64,000 nt of DNA, taken from assembly GCA_030265395.1 (NCBI GenBank), contig JARFYF010000112.1:69652163-69716162 (forward strand), given 5' to 3'. The notes under the pieces are model-generated. The model was not told the origin of the DNA. It was given only the letters and a program-made list of their open reading frames with translations, and searched no databases. Origin of the DNA: Rhina ancylostomus (lineage: Eukaryota). Below, in pieces: positions 1 to 11,171 of the stretch (its first letter is position 1; each line of letters opens with the position of its first letter). A program made the position numbers and the translations under genes.

Positions 1-660
1 TGTGCAACTGGTCTATATCCCACTGTATCCTTTGGAAATCTTCTTCACTATCCACAACACCACCAATCTGAGTGTCTTCGGCAAACTTAATAACCCAACC
101 ATCTATATTTTCATCCAGGTCATATATATATATATATAAATATCACAAATAGCAGAGGTCCCAGTACTGATGCCTGTGGAATAACTCCAATCACAGACCT
201 CCAGCCAGAATCGGACCCAATGACCATTACCCTCTGTCTTCTATGGGTAAGCCAATATTGAATCCAAATGGCCAAGTCACCATGGATCCCATGCATCTTA
301 ATTTTCTGGATGAGTCTACCATGAGGGATCTAGTCGAATGCCTTACTAAAATCCATGAGTACAACATCCACAGCTCTACCACCTTCGTCACCTCCTTGAA
401 AAACTCAGCATTGAAACAACTCAGAGGAACAATTTTAGCTATTTTCCATTCCTCTGGGTCCTTGCCTGTAGTTAAAGAGTGGATAAAAATCTCTGTCAAA
501 GCCCCAGCAATTTCCTCTCCTGCCTCTCTCGATAACCTGGGATAGATCTCATCAGGTCCTGGGACATATCCACCTTATTTCTCCTAAAGAGACCCAACAC
601 CTGCTCTTTCGTGACATCAGCATCCCCCTCCCTGATCTCAGCCTCCTCCATGTCCTTCTC
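1..660 (-). mobile_element. CR1-type LINE, ORF2 reverse-transcriptase fragment (degenerate)
   Basis: The minus strand reads VDVVLMDFSKAFDxIPHGRLIQKIKMHGIHGDLAIWIQYWLTHRRQRV, a typical CR1 RT segment, with stops and frameshifts. Confidence 0.85.
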
Positions 661-662
661 CT

Positions 663-1175
663 CAGAACCAGAATCTGACTTATTATCACTGACATAGGAT
701 GTGAAATTTGTTGTTTTGTGGTAGCAGTACAGTTCAAAGACATAGAAATCTATAAATTACAAAAATAAATAAACAGTGCAAAAAAAAAGGAATAAGTAGT
801 ATTCATGGACTCTTCAGAAATCTGATGGCGGAGGGAAAGAAGCTGTTCCTGAATCATTGAGTTTGGGTCTTCAGGCTCCTGTACCTCCTCCCTGATGATG
901 GTGATAAGAAGAGGGCATGTGCTGGATGGTGAGGGCCCTCAGTGATGGATGCCGCCTTCTTGAAGCATCACCTCTTGAAGATGTTCTTGATGGTGGGGAG
1001 CATTGTGCCCGTGATGGAACTAGCTGAGTCTATAACCCTTTGTAGCCTCTTGCGATCCATGCATTGGAGGATCCATACCAGGCTGTGATGCAGCCAGTCA
1101 GAACGCTCTCCATCAGATATCTATAGAAATTTGCAAGTCTTTGGTGACATACCAAATCTCTGCAAACTCCAAATA
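663..1175 (-). mobile_element. Rex1/Babar-type LINE 3' fragment nested inside a CR1 copy
   Basis: Near-colinear with 37864-38390, which continues into Rex1-type RT. It has a (TTCTGA)-like tail. The CR1 sequence stops at ...tccttc and resumes at tccttggtgg on the other side. Confidence 0.8.
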
Positions 1176-1620
1176 AATTCCTTGGTGGATACCAACGCAA
1201 AGTACTCATTTAGTACCTTGTCCATTTCCTCTGACTACAGGTATAAATTCCTTGCTTTGTCCTTGAGTGGTCCTACCCTCTTCCTTGTTACCCTCTTATT
1301 TTTAATGTATGCACAAAAATCCTTGGGATTCTCTTTAATCCTACTCACCCAAGACATTTCATGGCCCATTTTAGCCCCCCTGATTGCCTGTTTAAATTCT
1401 CTTCTGTTTCCTTTATATTCCTCTCAGGCCTGGCCCAATTTCAGCTTCCTCAGCATTACATATACCTGCTTTTCCTTTTTGACTAAATTTACATCTCTCC
1501 CGAATTTTGCCATCCTTGTCTTTCTTCCTCACAGGAACATGGTGATCCTGAATTCTGACCAGCTGGCTTTCAAACAACTCCTACATGTCAGATGTGGAGC
1601 TATCCAATAACAGCTTATAC
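1176..1620 (-). mobile_element. CR1-type LINE ORF2 fragment (continuation of 1-660)
   Basis: Resembles the CR1 ORF2 linker between endonuclease and RT, and joins the CR1 piece interrupted by the Rex1-like insertion. Confidence 0.7.
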
Positions 1621-1624
1621 CATA

Positions 1625-2630
1625 AGATGGACTCTTGACCTCACAATCTACCTTCTTGTGACCTTGCACCTTACTGTGTATCTGCACTGCATTTTGTCTG
1701 TAGCTCTGACACTTTACTCTGTACTGTTATTGTTTTTACCCGTACTACATCAATGGACTCTGTACTAACTCAATGTAACTGCACTGTGTAATGAATTGAC
1801 CTGTACGATCGATATGCAAGACAAGTTTTTCACTGTACCTCNNNNNNNNNNNNNNNNNNNNNNNNNNNNNNNNNNNNNNNNNNNNNNNNNNNNNNNNNNN
1901 NNNNNNNNNNNNNNNNNNNNNNNNNNNNNNNNNNNNNNNNNNNNNNNNNNNNNNNNNNNNNNNNNNNNNNNNNNNNNNNNNNNNNNNNNNNNNNNNNNNN
2001 NNNNNNNNNNNNNNNNNNNNNNNNNNNNNNNNNNNNNNNNNNNNNNNNNNNNNNNNNNNNNNNNNNNNNNNNNNNNNNNNNNNNNNNNNNNNNNNNNNNN
2101 NNNNNNNNNNNNNNNNNNNNNNNNNNNNNNNNNNNNNNNNNNNNNNNNNNNNNNNNNNNNNNNNNNNNNNNNNNNNNNNNNNNNNNNNNNNNNNNNNNNN
2201 NNNNNNNNNNNNNNNNNNNNNNNNNNNNNNNNNNNNNNNNNNNNNNNNNNNNNNNNNNNNNNNNNNNNNNNNNNNNNNNNNNNNNNNNNNNNNNNNNNNN
2301 NNNNNNNNNNNNNNNNNNNNNNNNNNNNNNNNNNNNNNNNNNNNNNNNNNNNNNNNNNNNNNNNNNNNNNNNNNNNNNNNNNNNNNNNNNNNNNNNNNNN
2401 NNNNNNNNNNNNNNNNNNNNNNNNNNNNNNNNNNNNNNNNNNNNNNNNNNNNNNNNNNNNNNNNNNNNNNNNNNNNNNNNNNNNNNNNNNNNNNNNNNAC
2501 TACATCAATGGACTCTGTACTAACTCAATGTAACTGCACTGTGTAATGAATTGACCTGTACGATTGGTATGCAAGAGAAGTTTTTCACTGTACCTCGATA
2601 CAAGTGACAATAATAAACCAATACCAATAT
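1625..2630 (+). mobile_element. LINE 3' UTR (Rex1-like) ending in a (CCAATA)n tail, spanning an assembly gap
   Basis: Ends ATAATAAACCAATACCAATA. About 100 bp is duplicated on both sides of the N gap. Confidence 0.55.
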
Positions 2631-4559
2631 TTGCATCCTTGGCATCCCAATCAATGTCAAACTAAACTGAGCTTCTGATTGAATTTGTCTCCATCACCTA
2701 GCGCTGCACCTATGTCAGCCATCAATTTCTGAATGTCCCATCAATGTTTTTTCCACATCTACACTTGCTCTTCCCAGTATTCTCTCCAGTTAGCCTCCAA
2801 TCCAGCAATCTGCAAAATCCACAAAACAAGCTGTCAAAATCTCTCCACACAAGGTCCCACAGGGTATCATTTCAGTCCTTGAAAACCTATATTAGTTTTT
2901 ATTCTCCCAAAGCTTTCAATCTTAAAATCCCATCCAGTGTTTAAATCACTTCACATCTTACTTCCCACATTTGTAACATCCAGACAGCTCAAACCCACCC
3001 CCTAACCCCCACCCCTACCAAAAGCCCTTGGATAAACTGACTCTGCTCGTGCCTACCTTGGCGCCGTCACTGGTGACCCAATGTGCAGATCCTCTGCTTG
3101 GGTATTTCCACCCCTAAAACCATCTACTACTTGCTCCTTCTTGAGCACCCTCCAACTCTTTACACCCACCCTCTTTACCAGGTTGTCATCACTCTGGCTG
3201 TGGCTGCATCACTTATTCTGACTTCCCTGAGCTAACCAGGCAGCATTTTTATATATTTAACTGCTTTACAGGGGCACAGACTTCAGAACATAAGATTTAC
3301 CACAGCTGAACTAGCTGTCAACTATAATTCCAGTCTAATAACTTTTAATTAGATTGATGTACCAGTTACATCTGTGAGGACAGAAATTAGGTTCAGTGAA
3401 AAATTTCCTTGAATGCTTAGCATGCCTGTCAGATTCCTCTCTCTGCAGCTTTAGCAGAGGTTTCAACGTGTTTATGTGCAATGGATTAATGCCTCTGGTT
3501 TAAGTGCTTTAACAATAACATTGCTCAAAGTAATTTGTTACTCATTGTTGAAGTGGTTCTCTCTGGATGTCTGCTTGGTGAACATTTGAACTCTGTCACA
3601 TAATTTATGTCAAAACACAGAATTGAAAATAATGTCTTTTAACTAATACCTTGTTTCTCCTCACCTCATTTCCCCTCAATAACCAGATTTTATTTGTGCT
3701 TTCTCTTTGGTTTTGTACCTCCACTCATTTTTGACACCCTGTTCTAAATTTCACTTTCCCCAACCCTGTAATATCAAGTCCCCAGAAGAAGGCCTCGATC
3801 TCCTCACCACCCCACTGGCCACTTCCCACTCATCCTCTTCAACCATCTGTAAAATTTCACCCATGACATCTAACCTTGATCGTTGAGGAAAATTCTTTTA
3901 ATCCCTGGCCACTTACCTTCCTCAGTGATGCAACCCTTGTCCTTAGATCACCTCCCCTTTCTCCCCCTGAATTCTCAGAACCAGTTTCACTCCTGCGTGG
4001 CATATTTTCCATGGCAGAAAAGTAGATGTGCAAGGAACCAGCTGAAGTTTAGCAGCAGAGGGGCTCTCAACTGAAACAGTTGTTGACATCCTGATGCAAT
4101 ACCTACCTGGCACATTCGTTTGGTTGACTGAGTTTCTAACAAGAGTTATTTTGAACACCAACCTATGATTTTTGTTCAGTATTCTCAAGTCAGATGTGGA
4201 CGCGAGAAACTGTTAATGGTGAGGCAGGAAATTGGTACTCAGTTACTCCCATGGGCTCATGTGTTCATTTCATGTCATTATCATGGACTCACTTACAGTC
4301 ACTATTCTACAACAGCTTCAATTTATATTTTGTCTCTTACACAGTAAAAAGGTTTCAAGGCACTTCAAGATTTGCCACCAAGCTACATAATTAGAATGGA
4401 AATTCACCTTTGGTTGCAGGGGTTAAATGCATAATGTGGTAGCAATATGTGCACTGTACTTTGCTTCTTAAATTCAAGAGCTGAATTAAGAAAACTGCAT
4501 TCAATTTGACTTTTCTTCTACATTGCACATTTGGTGCACATAATTGAGGAAGAATTCCT

Positions 4560-5120
4560 ACTCCATTAAGACAAGTGACCAAAGGCTGGGTTAAAGGAGT
4601 AGGTTTTAAGGAGTAACCTAATGAAGGGCAGAGAGGGAGAGAGGCTGAGAGTCTCGGANNNNNNNNNNNNNNNNNNNNNNNNNNNNNNNNNNNNNNNNNN
4701 NNNNNNNNNNNNNNNNNNNNNNNNNNNNNNNNNNNNNNNNNNNNNNNNNNNNNNNNNNTAAAGGAGTAGGTTTTAAGGAGTAACCTAAAGAAGGGCAGAG
4801 ATGGAGAGAGGCTGAGAGTCTCGGAAGGGAATTTAAGCATCAGCAGCTGAAGGCACAGCTGCCACTGGTGGACTGATGGAATGATTTATCTCAGAGATGG
4901 TGCAAAAGGCCAAAATTGGTGGTGGAATAATCTCAGAAGGCTTCAGTGGTGAAGCGTTTACAGGGATAGGGAGAATTAAGGCCATGGAGGCATTTGAAAA
5001 CCAGGATGAGAAATGATAGGGAATTGTTAGCCAATGTAAGCAACAAGCACAAGTGTAATGGGTGAACATGTGTTGACATTAGTTATGACAGGGGCAGCAG
5101 AATTTTGAATGAGCACAAAT
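4560..5120. repeat. Old L2/CR1-like interspersed repeat fragment
   Basis: Purine-rich segment resembling chondrichthyan LINE fragments. About 65 bp is duplicated across the 100-N gap. Confidence 0.4.
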
Positions 5121-5695
5121 TTATGATGGGTTCCAGTCACAGATCATGAGATTCCAAAAAAATTGAATTACTGCTGTGTCTATTTTGGAAGACTGAGTCA
5201 TTTGCATGTGCAAAGGATTGTAGAGAATGAATACACATTTTAATAAAGCCTACTTAAACATCATTTAAAATCTTAGCAACATCACAAGTAAAGAGAGTGT
5301 CAAGTTTAATATGGGGTTATTCAGACCTGAAGGTCCAGATTTGATTTCCAGCCTCCAACAGGACCAAAGTTGTTAGTGGTCCAATTAGGTTAAGGAGCCT
5401 TGGTTAGTTAAAAAAAAAGCATTTTCTAGAACACACTTGTTTATTGTGTGACCAGACTTGGCTACAACTCCTTTCACTATTAAACTCACTGCTTAAGCTC
5501 AGGGGTTAAGAGTGGCCACTTAGACGAGGTGAGAGAGGTTGCTACTAACACACATGCACCTTCAGAAGAAGAAACAATAACAGAAATAAGAAAGAAATGG
5601 CTGCTGCAGCTAATGATAGAAAACCACACACTCACTCCTACTAATTAAAATTCACACAGCCAATCTATATTTACCTGCTTTATCTGACCTTATCA

Positions 5696-5938
<243 letters not shown>

Positions 5939-8667
5939 TTAGAATGAAAGGCAGGCAATGTTGGAGTATTTAAGGAATGCAGCTGAAGTTCAAATTCAGG
6001 CTCCACAGTGTGACACAAAAAGTCACTGCAAAGCTTCAATTAGTATGTCAACTTTGATTGGGATTTTACATTGAAACATCTTTGATCCCTGATGTAGACA
6101 GTTATGTGAGTAGCCATTGGTCCAGCGTATAAATCAAAAGGACAATTAAAGTGCTGGGCCTCCAAAGCAGGTCACTCTGTACAAACAGTCAATTGCTACT
6201 CAAGTAACAAGACACTGCCAGCAGCAGGCAAGCAAGGTCACTAAGCAATAAAATNNNNNNNNNNTCTACCTACTGCCTTAGAAGGCCTACAGACACAGAT
6301 CCCTGTAAAGAACAGGAGACACCCAGGTGGACACACACTCAGACTGGCAAAAACTGGGCAAACAGGCTGCCACAATTTCTGAGAACACTGACAAGTCAAA
6401 ATGCAGCCTGGAGGAAGATTTTTTAAAATATTTGAAACCATTTCTATTAATCAAACAGTTTAATAAGCAAGTATTCTTTTCCATGATTAGCACTAGTGGT
6501 ACACAAGTCTGGAATAAGTAATCTGAAGTTATACCTAACACAACCATCATATGTGTTTGTGGGGGAGCAAGACTTTTGCTGAGAAAGTCTTTTGGAAACT
6601 TTTGAAGAAGTTAATACAATATGAAGGCTACAGGATTCATCTTCATGTAAGAGCTCTGGCAGAATATTTATGTGCTTTCTTTTTTTTTGTCATTTCATGC
6701 TGCATTTTTAATTTTCTTCAGGAATCCCATTTTCTGTTTGTGTTTTCCTGGCACAGTTTTAACTACTGGCATTGTGTATCAGAAAATCACAGGTACCCTC
6801 ATGCAGAAAGTCATGGGAAGTTGTTTCAAGTACTTCTGGCTCTGTGCTGGGAACATCAAAATGGACATTTAGTTGCATAAGGCCAATCTGGTTCCCTTGA
6901 TAGCATCTTACATCTGAATTTCAAATTCAACCCTTACTCTGGCACCAAAGCTGACCTTCTTGGTCAGTACTGACCATAAGCTACATTGAAAGAAATTCTA
7001 AGCTTCAAAAGGCATGTTTAACTAAAGATGATGAAGGCCTCTTAAGGAGCAGTAAGCTCTATTAAACCAGCCTGTTATTTTATGGTGGGATCTAACTCTT
7101 ACACATTCCTGAGCCATCGTATTTACACTTGCCAGCTATTCATTCTACTGCTTGTTCAGCCTGGGTTGGAATTCAATTTCCTCTCTATCCTTCCTCACAC
7201 TATCTAATGTGAAAGAATCCTGGAGTTAAATCGATCAACTCCAGTGCTGTTTTAATAGCCCCTTTGCCTATTTGATCAGAAGCTGATTTTGCACATCCTA
7301 TCTTTGAGATAATGTTCACAGATATTATTGTTAAGAACTCTTTGTTTTTCTGTTGTTTTTCCTCTTTCTATCCACCACCGATAAATCACTTGCCTGCAGA
7401 TCTCTCCTTAACAGTTCCTCAACGTGTATTGTTTCAGCTCTATGGAAACTTACCATCCTATGGAGAAAGATCACAGAAGGATTTGCACTTGGATAGTGCC
7501 ATTCATAAACTCAGGGAATCCAAAAGCGTTTTGAAGATTAACAATTACCATACTGCAGGAGACATGTTGCCCATAAGACTTATTAGTCCAACCAATCACC
7601 TGTGGTTATCAACACTTCCTTTCAGAGGCCCATTCTCTCAATACCTCTGAGTTGGTTGACCTGCATTGCTTTCGAATTCCTATTCTTAATATTTCCTATC
7701 CCTGTAAACTGCTAAGAGCCGTGTGCTTCTCCACTTTGACCTCTTTTTTTGAGTCTCTCCACCATTTGTAGGTGCGCCTTTAGTTGTCAGGGCCCTGAGC
7801 TCCAGAATTCCTCATCAAACCTCTTCACCTTTCTCTCTTCCTTTACGAAGCTAATTGAAACCTTGCCCGTGGACCAATGTTTTGATCAGCTGCCTTGACA
7901 TTTCCTTCTGTAGTTCAATATCAAATTTTGCTAGAATGCCAATGAGTAGTGAACTTTACAAAGAAATTTACTTGTGCTTTTGAAAGTACCTGCTATTTCA
8001 TCACAGTGACTGTTGAAGGAACTTTCTCCGCTCAGCTCTATTCAACTTCCGAGTGGCATTTTGCACATAAAAGAATGGCAAGTCCTTTAAGGTGCAGAAA
8101 GTGAGGACCTTAAAGGTAGCGTCAATTTGGCCCTGCATTTCAGTTCCTCTGCCATCATGTTTAGTGATGTTCATTCACTCTCAGTGTTCCTTTTATCTGT
8201 TCCTTGTTTCCTGTACTGTCCCCATGAGTCCAAGGCCTTTCCTGTCAGCATTATGTTGAATAGTCAGCTTTGTGTTTTACTAAATTTAAACCATCCAGCT
8301 CTGTTCTTTATCAACATCTCACAACAAACACAGTTTATGACTTACACCCTACCTACAGACATAATGAGTCACAGATGATATTATAGGTTTATAAATCTCT
8401 CAGTATTTTTGAACAGAAAATCACCTTCTTCCCAATGTTCCCAGGCAAAGAAGGTTAGAGTTCACACCAAAGGAGTTTCATTCTGCTATTTATTTTCTCA
8501 CACGCCCCCTACAATCACCTTCTTCGGGTCTGCTATTAATTTACTTATTATACTTCCATTTCTCATTCTGCTGTCCTGTTCCTTCTGAACTTCTCCCAGA
8601 TGTTTCCCTTAGACACTCTTCTGTCAGAAATGCACCATTAATCCTCTTAACTATTTATCTGACTTAC

Positions 8668-8695
8668 CCAAACTGATAGAAAGAAGATGTCCCAT
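8668..8695 (-). CDS. NHSL2: Candidate alternative first coding exon of NHSL2 (MGHLLSISL-G)
   Basis: GAA-ATG-G strong Kozak context, then ATG GGA CAT CTT CTT TCT ATC AGT TTG G followed by the consensus donor GTAAGT (8667-8662). Phase 1 splices in frame to the 5889 acceptor. No transcript evidence is available. Confidence 0.5.
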
Positions 8696-9439
8696 TTCAA
8701 TGTTCAGCACTGCTTTTGAAAGCCTACTAATATAAAGGCTCCTAAGCTGCCAAGTTCAAAAAGCAGTGAACGGAGGTGAGAGAATCCTATCACAGGCTGC
8801 AGGATAACCGGCTGCAATCACATCTTCCTTCCCAAGATGGAGTGGAGGGAAACACACAAAGCACTTGTTACCACAGAAAACAAAAAGCCACAAGATTAGA
8901 TGGGACTTAACCCAAATCTTCAGGATAAGAGAATGTCATTAGCTTGCCAGGTTTTTCACCATGGACCTCCAAGGCAGACCTGTGACAAAGGAATGGAAAT
9001 CAGGCAAGATCAAAGTCCGTCTCAACCAGGGATGCAACTGGGTAGCCTGGACAGCTGTTGACCAATCTCGCTATAATCCACTGCAGCTCAATTAATGGAT
9101 CCAACTTGTATGAGGAGAGTCAGAGGACAGCCTACCTCAAGTCCTCATAGCAACAGAGTATAAATGCATTCAACTTCTCATCCAGACCAGCCTATGTTAA
9201 GCAATTACATCAAGAAGCTCAGTTGAACCTCCAGTCTTTGCTCCAAGATATAAGCAGACTTCTGAAACTTAGCAGCATGATTTGTAATTGATAAGGACTG
9301 ATAAAGCAGGTAAATATAGATTGGCCATGTGAGTTTTAATTTGTAGAAGTGAGTGTGTGGTTCTCTATCATAAGCAGCAGCAGCCATGTCTTTTTTATTT
9401 GTTATTGCTTCCTCATCTCCCAAAGGTGTATGTGTGATC

Positions 9440-9990
9440 ACAAGACAAAGGAGCAGAAGTAGGCCATTCGGCCCATCAAGTCTGCTCCATGAGCTAAACA
9501 AACTATTCCTATCTAGCCCCAATTTTCAACCTTACCCTCATATCCCTTGATACCTTGACTAATTAGATATCTATCAATCTCCTNNNNNNNNNNNNNNNNN
9601 NNNNNNNNNNNNNNNNNNNNNNNNNNNNNNNNNNNNNNNNNNNNNNNNNNNNNNNNNNNNNNNNNNNNNNNNNNNNNNNNNNNGTGCCCTCTAGTCCTGG
9701 ACTCACCCACCAAGGGAAACAGCTTAACCACATCTACTCTGTCCAGTCCTTTCAACATTCGAAATTTCTATGAGGTCCCCTCTCATTCTTCTGTACCCCA
9801 GTGAGTACAGCCCAAGAGCCGACAAACGCTCATCGTATGTAAGCCCTTTCATTCCGGGAATCGTCCTCATAAATCTTTTCTGAACCCTCTCCAACATCAG
9901 CACATCCTTCCTAAGATAAGGGCCCAAAACTGCACACGGTACTCCAAATGAGGCCTCACCAGTGCCCCATAGAGCTTCATCAACACTTCT
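9440..9990 (-). mobile_element. CR1 LINE 3' end (ORF2 C-terminus plus 3' UTR)
   Basis: PYLRKDVLMLERVQKRFMRTIPGMKGLTYDERLSALGLYSL..RRMRGDLIE and LKGLDRVDVVKLFPLVGESRTRGH, followed by the GGCCGAATGGCCT-type 3' UTR hairpin. Confidence 0.92.
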
Positions 9991-10988
9991 TACTCTCTCT
10001 CACCTCAAAGTGGCCACCATAACCCACCTACTCCCATCACAGAAGAAGCCCTAACAATGACACAGAATTCAAGGCTGATCATAGCTGCTGCAAACCAGAA
10101 CTTCTCTCTCACAGCCTTCATTAAAGAAGGCTTCCAATTCCACAAGAAGGTCAATGGTATTTTAGTCAAATGTTCCCCCATTTAGGATATGCTATGGTGA
10201 TATAGTTGATCTTTAAAGTTGCAGGGAATGTCCAATGCCAAAACACATCACTCCTGATCCAATTACTGTTTCCATGTTCACTCTGGACAACAGTCAAGTT
10301 AGCCGACATGGTTAAAGATGGAAACCTGCAGGTTTTGGGCTTAGCCCTATTAAACTCTGACAGTATCATCCCCATTACGGTATCAGTCAAATTTACTCGA
10401 GTCGATGATAAAGAGTTAACCAATATTTCACTGAACAAAGTTCTCAAGGAATCACAGCAATAGTTTGCCTCTCCAATTTATGCTCCCAATGCATCCAAAA
10501 TCTTATTAACAGCATCCCACCTCAACAGTTAATCTATCTGTCAGAACCTGGACAATCAATTTCTGGACTGGGTGGAACATGTAGACTCTCCTAGGAGAAT
10601 AGCTGGATTATTTCCATACCTTCAATGTTTCTTGAAGACCTAGAAAATGACGTAGAATTAAACAAACCTTCTGTAAATGTTTAAAGAAATCACCCAAGTT
10701 GCAGGATCAAAAACCCTGCTAACCCTCAAACACCCTGCTTTGGCCTTGTTGAATAACAGCATGGAGAATTCAGCTCAACTATGAACAGAGAGTCACTACA
10801 CTACAACACTGGATAAGCAACATAGCCCTGACTACCATTATCCAAGCACTGAAGTCAATAGCTTTTGACTGGCTCCCAACATTGAGCATTATTTCCCCTG
10901 ATATTAGAAACACAACCCCACCTTCTCTGCACACATATCACACCTACTTCATTGCAGGATGAAAGGCATGCCAAGGTTATGGTTTAGA

Positions 10989-11171
10989 ATAGAGAAATAA
11001 AGGACTGCAGATGTTGGAATCTGGATGAAAACACCTATGATGCTGGAGGAACTTAGCAGGGCAGGCAGCATCCTGAAGAAGGGTCTTGACCCGAAATGTT
11101 GACTGCCTGCTTTTCTCCATGGATGCTTCCTGGCCTGCTGAGTTCCTCCAGCATCATAGTGTTTTTCATTG
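10989..11171 (+). mobile_element. Palindromic Penelope-type mini-element with a minimal hammerhead-ribozyme-like core
   Basis: Inverted arms 11026-11073 and 11121-11168. Core CTGAAGA-A-GGGTC-TT-GACCC-GAAA at 11073-11096. Flanking direct repeat TGGTTTAGA at 10980-10988 and 11172-11180. Confidence 0.7.

Noticed and set aside
1796-2533. Long ORFs containing X runs
   Set aside because: Artefacts of translating through N gaps.
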